64,000 nt of DNA from an uncultured delta proteobacterium (GCA_963765675.1 CAVXXK010000001.1:896001-960000), one strand, 5' to 3'; shown: positions 50,397 through 60,767, counted from the stretch's first letter. Program-made: numbers and translations. Notes: generated from the sequence alone by a model not told the origin.

Positions 50397-51631
50397 CTCC
50401 GTTTCGCGACCAGGTCGTAAATTTTATCGCCGCGCTTCGCACCGCCGGAATTCGCATCTCGGTTTCCGAATCAATCGACGCCCTGCGCGCCGTCGCTGCC
50501 GCAGGTTTCGAGCGCGTGACGATGCGCGAGGCGATGGCTGCGGCGCTGATCAAGGACGAAGCCGATCGGATCATTTTTGACGACGCGTTCGCGCGGTTCT
50601 TCTCAGCATCCGCGGCCGGAAACGCGCGCGGGCAGCATCCTGATCATCGCGGGCAGCTCGAATCGGCAGCGAGTGGCCGCGGACGTCCCGGCGAGGAACC
50701 AGGCGAGGTCTCGAAACCTCGCGAGCGTCCTCAGCCAAGCCGCCCGGGCACAAAGAGCGCGGCGCGCGATCGCCAGAATCAGGCTGAAGACCGCAAGGGC
50801 GATCGCGCCGAGGCGAAGACCGATTCGGAGAACGAATCGGAAGATCGTTCCGCACAAGGTCGTACGGCGAAAGATAACGGGCGGGAAGAATCTGGAATCG
50901 AGGCTAGACGCGCGGCGCGGATGCGCGCGCTCGAGCGCGCGCCGTTCGCCGCCTACACCGATCTCGAATACGTGCAGGCGCGTGACACGCTGGCGATCCT
51001 GAAACGTCGCTTCCGGGTCCGCCTCGGACGGCGCTTGCGAATCGCAAAGGCCGGGCGGATAGATTTTCGGCGCACGATTCGCGCCGCGACCCAACGCGGC
51101 GGCGTGCTCGCCGAGCTACGCTTTCGCGCGCGGCGTCCGCGGCGGATCGATCTGACGATCCTGGCAGACGTTTCCGGCTCGGTGCGCTACGCGTCGGAGC
51201 TGATGCTCGAGCTCGTAGCCGGGGCACGCGACCATTTTCATCGCGTGCGGAGTTTCGTTTATATCGACCGACTGGCCGAGGCCGAGTTCGAGTCCGGCCA
51301 CCTGGTGACGACGCCCGCGCTCGACCTCTACGCGCGTTCGGATTTCGGCCGCGTGCTGGGCGAGCTATGGAACCGCCGGGCCGAGGTTCTCGGCCGCCAG
51401 ACCGTGGTGGTCATCCTGGGCGACGGGCGCAACAACCGGCGTCCGGCGCGCGCCGATCTGTTGCGCGAGATCGCGCGCAACTGCCGCGCCGTCATATGGC
51501 TGAATCCGGAAGAGCCAACACGCTGGGGCACCGGCGACAGTGCGATCGAGCAGTACGCTCGCGAGGTCCGGGCCCACCTGGCGGCGCGCAATCTCCACGA
51601 ACTGGAACGCGGCCTTCTCGCAATCGCGTAG
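50393..51631 (+). CDS. CoxE-like VWA domain protein
   Basis: DVSGS MIDAS, GDGRNN and WLNPE...WGTGDS; coupled to the MoxR gene. Confidence 0.9.
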   Translation: MTPFRDQVVNFIAALRTAGIRISVSESIDALRAVAAAGFERVTMREAMAAALIKDEADRIIFDDAFARFFSASAAGNARGQHPDHRGQLESAASGRGRPGEEPGEVSKPRERPQPSRPGTKSAARDRQNQAEDRKGDRAEAKTDSENESEDRSAQGRTAKDNGREESGIEARRAARMRALERAPFAAYTDLEYVQARDTLAILKRRFRVRLGRRLRIAKAGRIDFRRTIRAATQRGGVLAELRFRARRPRRIDLTILADVSGSVRYASELMLELVAGARDHFHRVRSFVYIDRLAEAEFESGHLVTTPALDLYARSDFGRVLGELWNRRAEVLGRQTVVVILGDGRNNRRPARADLLREIARNCRAVIWLNPEEPTRWGTGDSAIEQYAREVRAHLAARNLHELERGLLAIA

Positions 51632-51649
51632 GGCGCGGCGGTATCGGCT

Positions 51650-53152
51650 CTAGAAATCCAGCAGCTCGCGCATTCGCTCGAGGACGCGTTGCGCGCGGGT
51701 CATTTTCCCGTCCACATGTTGGTCGACGTGCAGCGTCTTTTCGCGATCGAGCTGGCGCTGCGCGACGATTTCGCTGATCGCCTCGGCCGCTTTCGGATGC
51801 TCGCGGAACAGACGGGAGAAGCCGTCGCGGTTCATTTCGAGCACCTCGGTGTCGGTCACCGCCTTGATTGTCGCGTTGCGCGGATCGCCGTTTAAGAGCG
51901 CACCCTCGCCATAGATCTGCGACGCTCCGCCGTAGGCAAGATGGCGCTCGGTTCCATCCTGCGCGGTTCCGATTATCTCGACCGTGCCGCGGCGCACGAT
52001 GAACATCGTTTCACCCGGCTCTCCGGTGCGCACCAGCACCTCGCCCGCGCCGAACTGATGCACCTGCACGGTGGGGACGAGGAAGCGGAGGTCGGCGTCG
52101 GTCAGCTCGGCCAGGAACGGAACCTTGCGCAGCTCGGTCATGATCTCGGCTTCGTACTCGGCTTCGCCTGCGCCGATCCTCCCGCGGCGTTCGCGCCGCA
52201 GCTCGAGCGTGCGCATCGGATACGGAATATCGATCCGGTTACGGCGTAGCGCATACCACAGGCTCGACACGACTTCCGAATGGACGCGCTCCTGCAGTGC
52301 GTAATCGTCGATCCAGAATTTGATCCGATAGCGAATCGCGCTGTCGCCGTACTCCCAGGGCATGATTTCAACCGCCGGCTCGCGCGTCACGTGCGGAATA
52401 TCGCGCAGCACCTTGACCAGCACCTCGCGCACACGATTGGGCGGTACATCGTAGGCGATTCCGATCGAGATTTCGTCGCCGATCGCGCCGCTGAAATTCA
52501 CCAGCACGTCCTTGCTGACCAGCGAGTTCGGAACCTCAAGCCGCTCATGGGCGCGAGTGACAACGGTTGTCGAGCGCCATCCGATTCCGCGCACCTGTCC
52601 GACAAAGTTGCCTGCACGCACCCAGTCCCCAGGCTCGAAGGGCTTGCCGAGCTGGAGCATCAGGCCGCTGAACACGTTGCTGAGCGATTCCTGTAGGGCG
52701 AGACCTATGACCGCGGCGACCACGGTGGTGGTAGTGAGAATCGACAGCGGTTGAAAACCAAAGTCGGTGTACAAGACGACGCCCGCGACCACCGCCCACA
52801 ACACAAACATCACGAGGTCTTTGAAGATGGTCGAAAAATGCGCGCGCCCGCGCCTCGTCAGACCGTCGAAGGCCTCGAGCAAAAGCCGGATGACTCCGAA
52901 CAGGAACAGGACCAGCGCGGCGGCGGCAACCTTCTCGGCGATATCGCGTCGATGAATCAACGTCGAGGCGACGTCGAGGATCAGGCCGGACGCGATAAGC
53001 ACAAATGTGTTCGAGCTGATCGAGGAGCGCCGCCGCCTGAGCGCGAAGGCTCCCAGAAGCGCGACCAGAATCGCGAGCGATTCCGCGAAATCGCGCAGAT
53101 CCGAATGGATCGCCCAGAAACCGAGAATCAATTGCAGCGGCGTTGACCGCAT
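51650..53152 (-). CDS. MscS mechanosensitive channel with C-terminal cNMP-binding domain
   Basis: GLALQESLSNVFSG, PFEPGDWV and GEGALL...PRNAT. Confidence 0.9.
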   Translation of the reverse strand: MRSTPLQLILGFWAIHSDLRDFAESLAILVALLGAFALRRRRSSISSNTFVLIASGLILDVASTLIHRRDIAEKVAAAALVLFLFGVIRLLLEAFDGLTRRGRAHFSTIFKDLVMFVLWAVVAGVVLYTDFGFQPLSILTTTTVVAAVIGLALQESLSNVFSGLMLQLGKPFEPGDWVRAGNFVGQVRGIGWRSTTVVTRAHERLEVPNSLVSKDVLVNFSGAIGDEISIGIAYDVPPNRVREVLVKVLRDIPHVTREPAVEIMPWEYGDSAIRYRIKFWIDDYALQERVHSEVVSSLWYALRRNRIDIPYPMRTLELRRERRGRIGAGEAEYEAEIMTELRKVPFLAELTDADLRFLVPTVQVHQFGAGEVLVRTGEPGETMFIVRRGTVEIIGTAQDGTERHLAYGGASQIYGEGALLNGDPRNATIKAVTDTEVLEMNRDGFSRLFREHPKAAEAISEIVAQRQLDREKTLHVDQHVDGKMTRAQRVLERMRELLDF

Positions 53153-53172
53153 CGTTTATGCCCCGATGACCT

Positions 53173-54345
53173 CTATATCCCGATCACGTCGGCGATTCCG
53201 CTGAGCAATTTCCCGGCGGCAAAAAACTCCGCCGCGATCTCGCGCGCCGCGCGCGCATGCCGCGCATAGTCCGCGTTCACGCGCCCGATCGCATCGACCG
53301 CTTCATCGGCGGTGTCGAAGCCCAAAAGGCCTTCGCCCTCGGGAATGAACTTCTCAAATCCCGTGCGCTGGGTCACGACCGGGCGCCCCGCCGCCAGATA
53401 GCATACGCTGCGGTCGCTGAACCATCCGGAGCGTGTGCGCACGTAGATGTCCTTCGCGACCGTGAACTCGCCGCGCGAGGCACTGATATATTTGCGATAC
53501 GCATCGATATCCAGCGACATCGGCGTCACCGGCATGATCGAGAATCCGCCCGCGAGCGCAGCGTCGTAGTCGGGACCGGCTTTCAGGTCGGTGGCCATCT
53601 CTATCGGCTGCGCCGCCCGGCGCGGAACCTCGAACATCCGCTGAAAGTTGACGTGCTTGGACCAATAGTAGGTATCGCCGCCGATCACCAGATCGCTGCC
53701 GTGGTTGCGCCAGGTGCCGACGGTGGTGAACGCGCGCGGCTTGGCCGGGCCAACGCCGGCGGGCCAATCGTCGAGCAGGACAGGAGGCCGGGTGCTATGC
53801 CAATCGATTCCCGCCGCCGGAAGTTTGCAATCGGGCGCACCGATATTGGCGGCGTAAGTGAAAAAAAACTTGTGCGCAGACGCGAACTCGCGCGCGAGCG
53901 CGATTTTGCGCGCGTATTCGACCTGAAACGTTCCGGGGTCGGTTTCGAGATAGACGAGGCAGCGCGACGCGCGATGCTCCTCGCGCGGCTCGGTCGCGCC
54001 GCACAGATTGATCACAGCGTCTGCGCCGCGGATCAGCTCGAGGCATCGCTCGCGCGGCATCCCGACGTACTCCTCGCGCACGGAATCGAGAAATGCCCAC
54101 CGGCCGCCGAAGCCGTAGCGTTCGAGCACGCCACCCAACAGCCGCAGGTTGCGCGAAGGATCGCGCGTGATCGTAACCTCGAGCGGATCGTAGCAATGCG
54201 CTCGGTGATCCTCGATGTAATAGACGTCGAAGCCGAGTTCGCGAAATCCGATCAGATGATGCAGCAGCTGCCAGACGACACCCGCGAACGGGTACCGCGC
54301 GGCGAGGTGAAGAACGACGATTCGGCCCTTGCGCTTTTGGTCCAC
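53173..54345 (-). CDS. Glycosyltransferase-like protein
   Basis: SRGEFTVAK and SGWFSDRSVCYLAAGRPVV (GT-B-like C-terminus). Confidence 0.65.
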   Translation of the reverse strand: MDQKRKGRIVVLHLAARYPFAGVVWQLLHHLIGFRELGFDVYYIEDHRAHCYDPLEVTITRDPSRNLRLLGGVLERYGFGGRWAFLDSVREEYVGMPRERCLELIRGADAVINLCGATEPREEHRASRCLVYLETDPGTFQVEYARKIALAREFASAHKFFFTYAANIGAPDCKLPAAGIDWHSTRPPVLLDDWPAGVGPAKPRAFTTVGTWRNHGSDLVIGGDTYYWSKHVNFQRMFEVPRRAAQPIEMATDLKAGPDYDAALAGGFSIMPVTPMSLDIDAYRKYISASRGEFTVAKDIYVRTRSGWFSDRSVCYLAAGRPVVTQRTGFEKFIPEGEGLLGFDTADEAVDAIGRVNADYARHARAAREIAAEFFAAGKLLSGIADVIGI

Positions 54346-54424
54346 CAGGATTGAGCAATTTTACTGTGCGCGATGGATTATAGATAGCGGGTGCAGTGGT
54401 TAGACGAAGGCACGAGGGACATCT

Positions 54425-54614
54425 CAAGAGGACGCCTCGCGTGAGCCGACGGGCCGTCGGCCGCCACTGGCAGAAAAGACCTATCGCGTGACGTCAACCC
54501 ACTTCTCAGACGTACACCACCCAACTGCGCTTTTCGTCCCAGTTCCTCGATTGCGCGTTACTTCTCCGTCAGTGGTGGCCGACGGCCCGTCGGCTCACGC
54601 GACGCGTCCTCTTG
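54425..54614. repeat. REP-C doublet (REPIN-like long inverted repeat)
   Basis: CAAGAGGACGC.TCGCGTGAGCCGACGGGCCGTCGGCC.CCACTG and its reverse complement about 100 bp away. Confidence 0.85.
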
Positions 54615-54637
54615 TACGCGAGTGCGCCACACCATCG

Positions 54638-55261
54638 TCACGGCAGGCCGGCGATACGCCTTAGTTCGTCGTTCAACAACTCGACGGTCTTTCGCCGCTG
54701 GCTGACTTGCGCCGCGCGATTCTCTCCCAGCTCGCCCAGGTAGCATCCGCGATCCGGCAGATAGAGCACCGCGCGGTAGGGAAATCCCGGCTTGAGCTCG
54801 TGCCACGGCTTGCGCGCGATAACTCCCTCGATAGCCGCTTCGACCACGCGCTCGCACATCTCGAGACCGTCGCGCCAGGTGAGCGCGGCGGCGGCGCGCA
54901 GTCTGGCGGTGCGGCGCGAATCCTCGATTTCTTCCATCCGCCGCATCACCTCGGCGACGAGCGCATCATCCGGATCCTCGGTGGCGTTGCCGAGCCATCT
55001 GTGCGAGCGCACGCCCGGCTCGCCGCCGAGCGCGTCGATCTCGAGGCCGCCGTCGTCGGCAATCGTCGCGATACCGGCGCGCGCGAAATAGAAGCGCGCC
55101 TTGATCAGCGCGTTGCCCGCGAACGTGGCGGCCGTCTCCTCCGGATGCTCGCGGATACCCGCGTCGGCCAGCGAAATCGGTTTGAGCGCGTATGCGGCGA
55201 GCAGCAGGCGGTACTCAGCCAGCTTGGCGGGATTGGTGGTTGCTATGAGAATTTCTTTCAT
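54638..55261 (-). CDS. rdgB: Non-canonical purine NTP pyrophosphatase (Ham1/RdgB family)
   Basis: ATTNPAK, E...TFAGNA..KA, ADDGGL and PGVRS; SHR motif diverged to SQR. Confidence 0.85.
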   Translation of the reverse strand: MKEILIATTNPAKLAEYRLLLAAYALKPISLADAGIREHPEETAATFAGNALIKARFYFARAGIATIADDGGLEIDALGGEPGVRSHRWLGNATEDPDDALVAEVMRRMEEIEDSRRTARLRAAAALTWRDGLEMCERVVEAAIEGVIARKPWHELKPGFPYRAVLYLPDRGCYLGELGENRAAQVSQRRKTVELLNDELRRIAGLP

Positions 55262-55288
55262 CGCGATGCTGCGCGCCGATGCGGTGGG

Positions 55289-56449
55289 TCAGGATTTTGA
55301 TTTCGGATGGTAAGTGAATTTCAGATTCTCGCGCTCACGATGCTCTTCGAGTGCAAGCTCGATCAGCCGATCGATCAGCTTGTCATTGGGGATTCCGCTC
55401 GCCTCCCACAGCTTCGGATACATGCTGATCGAGGTGAAGCCGGGAATCGTGTTTACCTCGTTGACGTAAATGCGGCGCAGATCGCGGCTGGCCAGAAAAT
55501 CAACCCGCGCCATCCCGTGAATTGAGAGCGCCTTGAACGCGCGGATCGAGATCATGCCGAGGCGCTTCATGATCACGGCTGGAATGTCGGCAGGAATCTT
55601 CGTCTGCGCGCCGATCGGATCGACATACTTGGATTCGTAGCTGTAGAACTCGTGCGCACTCGCCACGATCACCTCGCCCGCGATGGAAGCCTCGGGACGA
55701 TCGTTGCCGAGCACCGCGACTTCGAATTCGCGGCCTGCGCACGAGGCCTCGATCAGCGCCTTGCGATCGTACTGAAATGCGTCTTCGAGCGCGGCGTCGA
55801 GTTCGGCCGCGCGTTTGACCTTGCTGACGCCGATCGATGATCCGGCCGCGTTGGGCTTGATGAACACCGGGTAGCCGAGTCCGCGCGCGAGCTTGCGCGC
55901 GCCGGCGCGATCGACTTGCCACTCGGCGCGCTCGATCGAGTGATAGCGCACGACTGGGACCTTCGCGGCGCGCAACAATCGTTTCTGCACGTCCTTGTCC
56001 ATCCCAATCGCGGAGCCGAGCACGCCGGCGCCGACGTACGGAATGCCGGTCAGATCAAGCAGCCCCTGCACGCTGCCGTCCTCGCCGAAGGTGCCGTGCA
56101 GCACCGGAAAAATCACGTCGAGCTCGCCCGCGACCGGCCCTCCCGTGCTCGCGAGATCGCCCGAAGTGGGCGCCCTGACCAGAGCGCGGCTGTTCCGATG
56201 CGGCAGCAAGGTGACGGGAGTATCTCCCGCCGAGAGCGCGGCCAGATGCGGCGTAGTGTCGGCGAGCAGCTTGAGCGCGTCATTTTCGAGATACCACTTG
56301 CCGTCGCGATCGATTCCGATCGGCACGATCTCGTAACGCTCCGGATCCATCGCGGACATCACACTGAGCGCCGACCGGAGCGACACTTCATGCTCGCCCG
56401 AACGGCCGCCGAACAGAACTCCAACCCGGATTTTATTGCTCAACGCCAT
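55289..56449 (-). CDS. ddl: D-alanine-D-alanine ligase
   Basis: FGGRSGEHEVS, HGTFGEDG, GSSIG and NEVNTIPGFT. Confidence 0.96.
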   Translation of the reverse strand: MALSNKIRVGVLFGGRSGEHEVSLRSALSVMSAMDPERYEIVPIGIDRDGKWYLENDALKLLADTTPHLAALSAGDTPVTLLPHRNSRALVRAPTSGDLASTGGPVAGELDVIFPVLHGTFGEDGSVQGLLDLTGIPYVGAGVLGSAIGMDKDVQKRLLRAAKVPVVRYHSIERAEWQVDRAGARKLARGLGYPVFIKPNAAGSSIGVSKVKRAAELDAALEDAFQYDRKALIEASCAGREFEVAVLGNDRPEASIAGEVIVASAHEFYSYESKYVDPIGAQTKIPADIPAVIMKRLGMISIRAFKALSIHGMARVDFLASRDLRRIYVNEVNTIPGFTSISMYPKLWEASGIPNDKLIDRLIELALEEHRERENLKFTYHPKSKS

Positions 56450-56573
56450 CGCATGCAGCCGCTCGCGCGGAGCATCGATTGTGACATGGCGCGCGAAAAT
56501 CTTCGAGCGCGCTTCGAGTCACGCTTCGCGCAGCGCATGGAATCGCGCTCGCCGCGCCGATAGAGTTTCGCCG

Positions 56574-57455
56574 ATGAAGCGCTATCCGTTCGTCACCGTT
56601 GACGTTTTCACTTCCCGCGCGCTTGCGGGCAACGGGTTGGCGGTCTTCACCGACGCGGCCGGCCTGAGCGACACCGAAATGCAGTCGCTGGCGCGCGAAA
56701 TGAATCTCTCCGAGACGACGTTCGTGTTCCCGCGCGACGTCGCCATCGAGCGCGAGCGCGGAATCAGCGTGCGCATCTTCACGATCGGATACGAACTCCC
56801 CTTCGCCGGCCATCCGACCCTCGGCACCGCCTTTGTGCTCGCGCGGACGCGGCAGAGCCGCGATATCGTGCTCGACCTGAAGGTGGGAAAAATCCCGGTT
56901 CATTTCACCGATCGCGAGGGCGAGCTGTTCGGCGAGATGACGCAGCGCGATCCTGAATTTGGCTTCGTTCACAACGCCGTCGAAGTCGCGGCCGTCACCG
57001 GATTGCCGCCCAGCGCGATCGACGCGTCGCTGCCGATTCAGACTGTTTCTACCGGGGTGGCATTTGCGATCGTGCCGATAATCTCGTTGGCTTCGTTTGC
57101 CAAACTGCACGTCGATCAGGCGCGGATACTTTCCTACCTTGAGCGTACCGCGACGCATCAGTTTTATTTTGTTTCACGTGAAACCCAAGACCCGGCGGCG
57201 CGGCTCCATGCGAGGATGCAATTTATCGGCGGCGAGGATCCCGCAACCGGCTCGGCCGCCGGCGACGCGGCGGCGTGGATGGTTCGGCACGGAGTCGCGC
57301 AACCGGGAGAGCAGGTGCTGATCGAGCAAGGTATCGAAGTGCAGCGCCCCAGCCGAATTTTCGTGCGCGCGAGCCGCGACGAATCGCGCGTGCACGAAGT
57401 TCGCGTCGGAGGCAATGTAGTCGAGGTGATCCGCGGCGAGGTGTCGCTGCCCTAG
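56574..57455 (+). CDS. PhzF family isomerase/epimerase
   Basis: VDVFT...GN, NLSETTF, ELPFAGHPT and EDPATGSA. Confidence 0.93.
   Translation: MKRYPFVTVDVFTSRALAGNGLAVFTDAAGLSDTEMQSLAREMNLSETTFVFPRDVAIERERGISVRIFTIGYELPFAGHPTLGTAFVLARTRQSRDIVLDLKVGKIPVHFTDREGELFGEMTQRDPEFGFVHNAVEVAAVTGLPPSAIDASLPIQTVSTGVAFAIVPIISLASFAKLHVDQARILSYLERTATHQFYFVSRETQDPAARLHARMQFIGGEDPATGSAAGDAAAWMVRHGVAQPGEQVLIEQGIEVQRPSRIFVRASRDESRVHEVRVGGNVVEVIRGEVSLP
57170..57185. promoter_or_regulatory. parS site inside the PhzF-family gene
   Basis: TGTTTCACGTGAAACC, 15/16 match to consensus. Confidence 0.8.
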
Positions 57456-57484
57456 TCTCGCGTCCACTCGCGAGCATCGCGCGG

Positions 57485-58939
57485 TTACTGGCGATAGTTC
57501 GGGGCTTCCTTGGTGATGAACACGTCGTGCACGTGGCTCTCGCGCTGGCCAGCGTCACTCACGCGGATAAAGCGCGCGCGGCGGCGAAGCTCGGCGAGAT
57601 TGGCGGCGCCGAGATAACCCATCCCGGATTGCAAACCGCCGATGAGCTGCTCGATATTCGACGCGAGCGACCCACGATGCGGCACGCGGCCTTCGATTCC
57701 CTCGGGCACGTGCTTGCCCTCGGCAGCCTCCTGCATCCCGTAACGATCGTGCGTACGCTCGTTCATCGCGCCGATCGAGCCCATCCCGCGATACAATTTG
57801 TAGGTACGGCCCTGGTAGAGAATCGTCTCGCCGGGACTTTCCTCGGTGCCCGCGAACAGCGATCCGATCATCACCGAGGTCGCGCCCGCCGCGATCGCCT
57901 TGGTGATATCGCCCGAGAAGCGAATTCCGCCGTCGGCGACGATCGGAATTCCGCGCGGCTCCGCAATCGCCGCCGTATCCATGATCGCGGTGATTTGCGG
58001 AACGCCGACGCCCGAGACCACCCGCGTGGTGCAGATCGATCCGGGACCCATCCCGACTCGCAGCGCGTCCGCGCCCGCGTCTATCAGCGCCTTGGCGCCT
58101 TCGGAGGTGGCGACATTGCCCGCGATAATGTCCACGTCGGGACAATCGCGACGCGTCGCGCGGACCGCCTCGAGCACGTTGTGCGTGTGACCGTGCGCAG
58201 TATCGATGCAAAGCACGTCAACTCCCGCGCGGCGCAGGGCAAGCGCGCGCGCCTCGCGCTCGGGACCGACGCCGATCGCGGCGCCGACGCGCAGACGGCC
58301 GCGGCTGTCCTTGCTCGAATGCGGATGCCGCGTCGCCTTGTCCATATCCTTCACCGTGATAAGGCCGCGCAGACGCTCGTGCTCGTCGGTGAGCAGGAGT
58401 TTTTCGATGCGATGCGCCTGCAGGATTTCCTTGGCCTGATCGAGCGAGATCCCGGGCCGCGCCGTGACCAGCTTGGTGGTCATCACGTCGCGCACCGGCT
58501 TGTCGAGGCGTTTTTCGAAGCGCAAGTCGCGATTGGTCAGAATTCCGACCAGGCGGCCCTCCTTCACCACCGGCAATCCGGAGATGTGATGCTGCTCCAT
58601 GATCGCGAGCGCTTCTCCGATCCGCTGCTCGGGATGGACGGTGACCGGATCGGCGATCATCCCGCTTTCATATTTCTTGACCGCTTCAACTTCGGCGGCC
58701 TGCTGCTCGATCGAGAGATTGCGATGGATAAATCCGATACCGCCGTGCTGGGCAAGCGTGATCGCGGTGAGCGATTCGGTGACGGTGTCCATCGGGGAGG
58801 ACACCAGCGGGATGCGCAGATGGATTTTGGGCGTGAGTTGGGTGGCGACGTCGCAGGCGGTGGGGAGCAGGTCTGAAAACTGCGGCAGCAGGAGAACGTC
58901 ATCGAAAGTTAGACCTTCGCGAAGCTCCGAATGAGGCAT
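57485..58939 (-). CDS. guaB: IMP dehydrogenase
   Basis: [11 protein letters not shown] pair, GPGSICTTR and YRGMGS; AAGGAGG RBS. Confidence 0.98.
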   Translation of the reverse strand: MPHSELREGLTFDDVLLLPQFSDLLPTACDVATQLTPKIHLRIPLVSSPMDTVTESLTAITLAQHGGIGFIHRNLSIEQQAAEVEAVKKYESGMIADPVTVHPEQRIGEALAIMEQHHISGLPVVKEGRLVGILTNRDLRFEKRLDKPVRDVMTTKLVTARPGISLDQAKEILQAHRIEKLLLTDEHERLRGLITVKDMDKATRHPHSSKDSRGRLRVGAAIGVGPEREARALALRRAGVDVLCIDTAHGHTHNVLEAVRATRRDCPDVDIIAGNVATSEGAKALIDAGADALRVGMGPGSICTTRVVSGVGVPQITAIMDTAAIAEPRGIPIVADGGIRFSGDITKAIAAGATSVMIGSLFAGTEESPGETILYQGRTYKLYRGMGSIGAMNERTHDRYGMQEAAEGKHVPEGIEGRVPHRGSLASNIEQLIGGLQSGMGYLGAANLAELRRRARFIRVSDAGQRESHVHDVFITKEAPNYRQ

Positions 58940-58952
58940 TTGGAGACCCTCC

Positions 58953-59036
58953 TTAAGCAAAAAGCCCGCAGTTGACCTGCGGGCTTTCGTCCGTTTGTAA
59001 GAGCTGAAACGCGTGCGTGCTAATCTGACGCGCCAT
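58953..59036 (-). other. Putative leaderless uORF/leader peptide upstream of guaB (27 aa)
   Basis: [27 protein letters not shown]; ATG 6 nt after the -10 box; spans the terminator; TAA overlaps the guaB RBS. Confidence 0.5.
58957..58987 (-). terminator. Intrinsic terminator in the guaB leader (possible attenuator)
   Basis: 11-bp stem AAAGCCCGCAG/CTGCGGGCTTT with a U tract on the minus strand directly before the RBS. Confidence 0.7.
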
Positions 59037-59041
59037 AACTG

Positions 59042-59070
59042 AAAGTAACAGAGAGCGGTGCCGCAATCAA
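59042..59070 (-). promoter_or_regulatory. Putative sigma70 promoter for guaB
   Basis: TTGATT-17 nt-TACTTT with a TG extension. Confidence 0.55.
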
Positions 59071-59612
59071 CACGGAGGAATCAACCGGCCACCAAGACAC
59101 GAAGGCACGAAGAAGGCCGGCTGAATATTCCATCATCGAAGCCACTGCGACGCTCCTCGTCGCGGCGCGCTGGAGCAAAAGCACGCTAAAGATCGTCGCC
59201 GCCGAAACATACATCAACTGAATTTCTGTGCGAAGTATCGCGGGTTCGGTAGAATCCGCCAATCAACGATACGCGGCGCATCCACGCCGACAAACATCAA
59301 AGGGGGCTGTCATGCTTTGCATTGTTGAACTGCTCAACGAAGTGATCGATATGACTCCGCAAGACTTCGCCGAACGCGTCGGGCTTACGAGCATCACGGC
59401 AGCACACTATCAAAGGATGGGTTTCGACAACTGGCTTCGCCAGTGCGTCACGCCGAGCCGTCAATTCGCAAGCCTGAACGACGCCTACGGCGAATTCGTC
59501 AAGAGTTTCGGTTAGGCGGCGACGCTAAGTTTGGATGAATAGGTGCAATTCGGCGGCCATTGAGCTATCGTTCGCGCACATTCGCGGGTTTTGAGAGACC
59601 GACCGAGTTGCT

Positions 59613-60767
59613 GTGACCGAAAAGTTCACGTTCTATGAGTTTTTTGCAGGGGGCGGATTCGTGCGCTTGGGACTGGGGGCGCGCTGGAAGTGTCTGTTTG
59701 CGAATGACATCTCCGAGAAAAAGGCGGCATCCTATAGAGCGAACTTTCCGCCATCCAACGAACTGCATGTAGCCGACATCAAAGGGGTGGCGCCGTCTAG
59801 TTTACCGGGCCGTGCAGATATGGCCTGGGCCTCTTTCCCTTGCCAAGATTTGTCGCTAGCAGGCGCAGGAGCCGGCTTGCAAGGTGAGCGCAGCGGGACA
59901 TTTTGGACCTTCTGGAAGATTCTTCGGTCGCTCGGCGAGGAAGGTCGACAACCTACAATTGTAGTGCTTGAAAACGTCCCCGGGGCCGTGAAATCTCATG
60001 GTGGAAGGGATTTTCTGGAGATCATTCGCGTTCTCAATCAAGTAGGTTACCGTGTGGGAGCGATGATCGTTGATGCGTCCCTCTTTCTTCCGCAATCTCG
60101 TCCTAGATTAATCCTAATTGCGGTTTCCTGTGATTATGAGTTCCCTGCGACACTAACCGATAACCCATTTTCTCGGCCATGGCATACACGCGCGATTTGC
60201 GAAGCGTTTTTTGCACTTTCTCCGCATTATCGGCAGCGATGGGTATGGTGGAGATTGCCTTTACCTCCGTCGAGATCTAACTCAGTAGATTCTCTCATTG
60301 AAGATCCTCCTATAGGAGTGACTTGGTATTCGCCGAATGAAACCGAGAAACTTCTCGCCCAAATGACGCCCGTGAATCTCGCGAAAGTCGCCCATGCTCT
60401 TTCATACCAGGAGCGAAAAGTGGGACTCGTCTATCGACGGACGCGTGTCCTGCCTGATGGAACTCGGAATCAAAGAGCAGAGGTCAGGTTCGATGGAGTC
60501 AGCGGCTGCCTCAGAACACCAGGTGGCGGCTCGAGTCGGCAGATCGTATTGATTGTCGAGAACGGCGTCGTAAGATCGCGACTCCTGACGGCGCGGGAAG
60601 CAGCGCGTCTCATGGGCCTGCCTGAAAAATACAAGCTACCCAATAACTATAACGAAGCCTATCATCTCGTTGGAGACGGAGTTGCTGTGCCCGTCGTATC
60701 TTGGCTCGAACGGCACATTCTCGCTCCCCTTCTCTCACGCGAAATCACAACACACGCGGCACTATGA
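59613..60767 (+). CDS. dcm: DNA (cytosine-5)-methyltransferase
   Basis: EFFAGGG, FPCQDLS, ENV, QSRPR, R.LT.REAARLMG and GDGV; lower GC. Confidence 0.93.
   Translation: MTEKFTFYEFFAGGGFVRLGLGARWKCLFANDISEKKAASYRANFPPSNELHVADIKGVAPSSLPGRADMAWASFPCQDLSLAGAGAGLQGERSGTFWTFWKILRSLGEEGRQPTIVVLENVPGAVKSHGGRDFLEIIRVLNQVGYRVGAMIVDASLFLPQSRPRLILIAVSCDYEFPATLTDNPFSRPWHTRAICEAFFALSPHYRQRWVWWRLPLPPSRSNSVDSLIEDPPIGVTWYSPNETEKLLAQMTPVNLAKVAHALSYQERKVGLVYRRTRVLPDGTRNQRAEVRFDGVSGCLRTPGGGSSRQIVLIVENGVVRSRLLTAREAARLMGLPEKYKLPNNYNEAYHLVGDGVAVPVVSWLERHILAPLLSREITTHAAL

Noticed and set aside
57275-58876. Long antisense or alternate-frame ORFs (533 aa here; also 13782-15014, 26549-27751, 27683-28867, 45224-46276, 62675-63799)
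   Set aside because: Shadow ORFs of real high-GC genes, with no recognisable motifs.
58953-59040. Purine or other known riboswitch before guaB
   Set aside because: The leader is short and I could not recognise an aptamer consensus; kept only as a candidate attenuator.
59228-59515. Small ORF upstream of the methyltransferase as a controller (C) protein
   Set aside because: No convincing HTH or RBS; may be a gene fragment.
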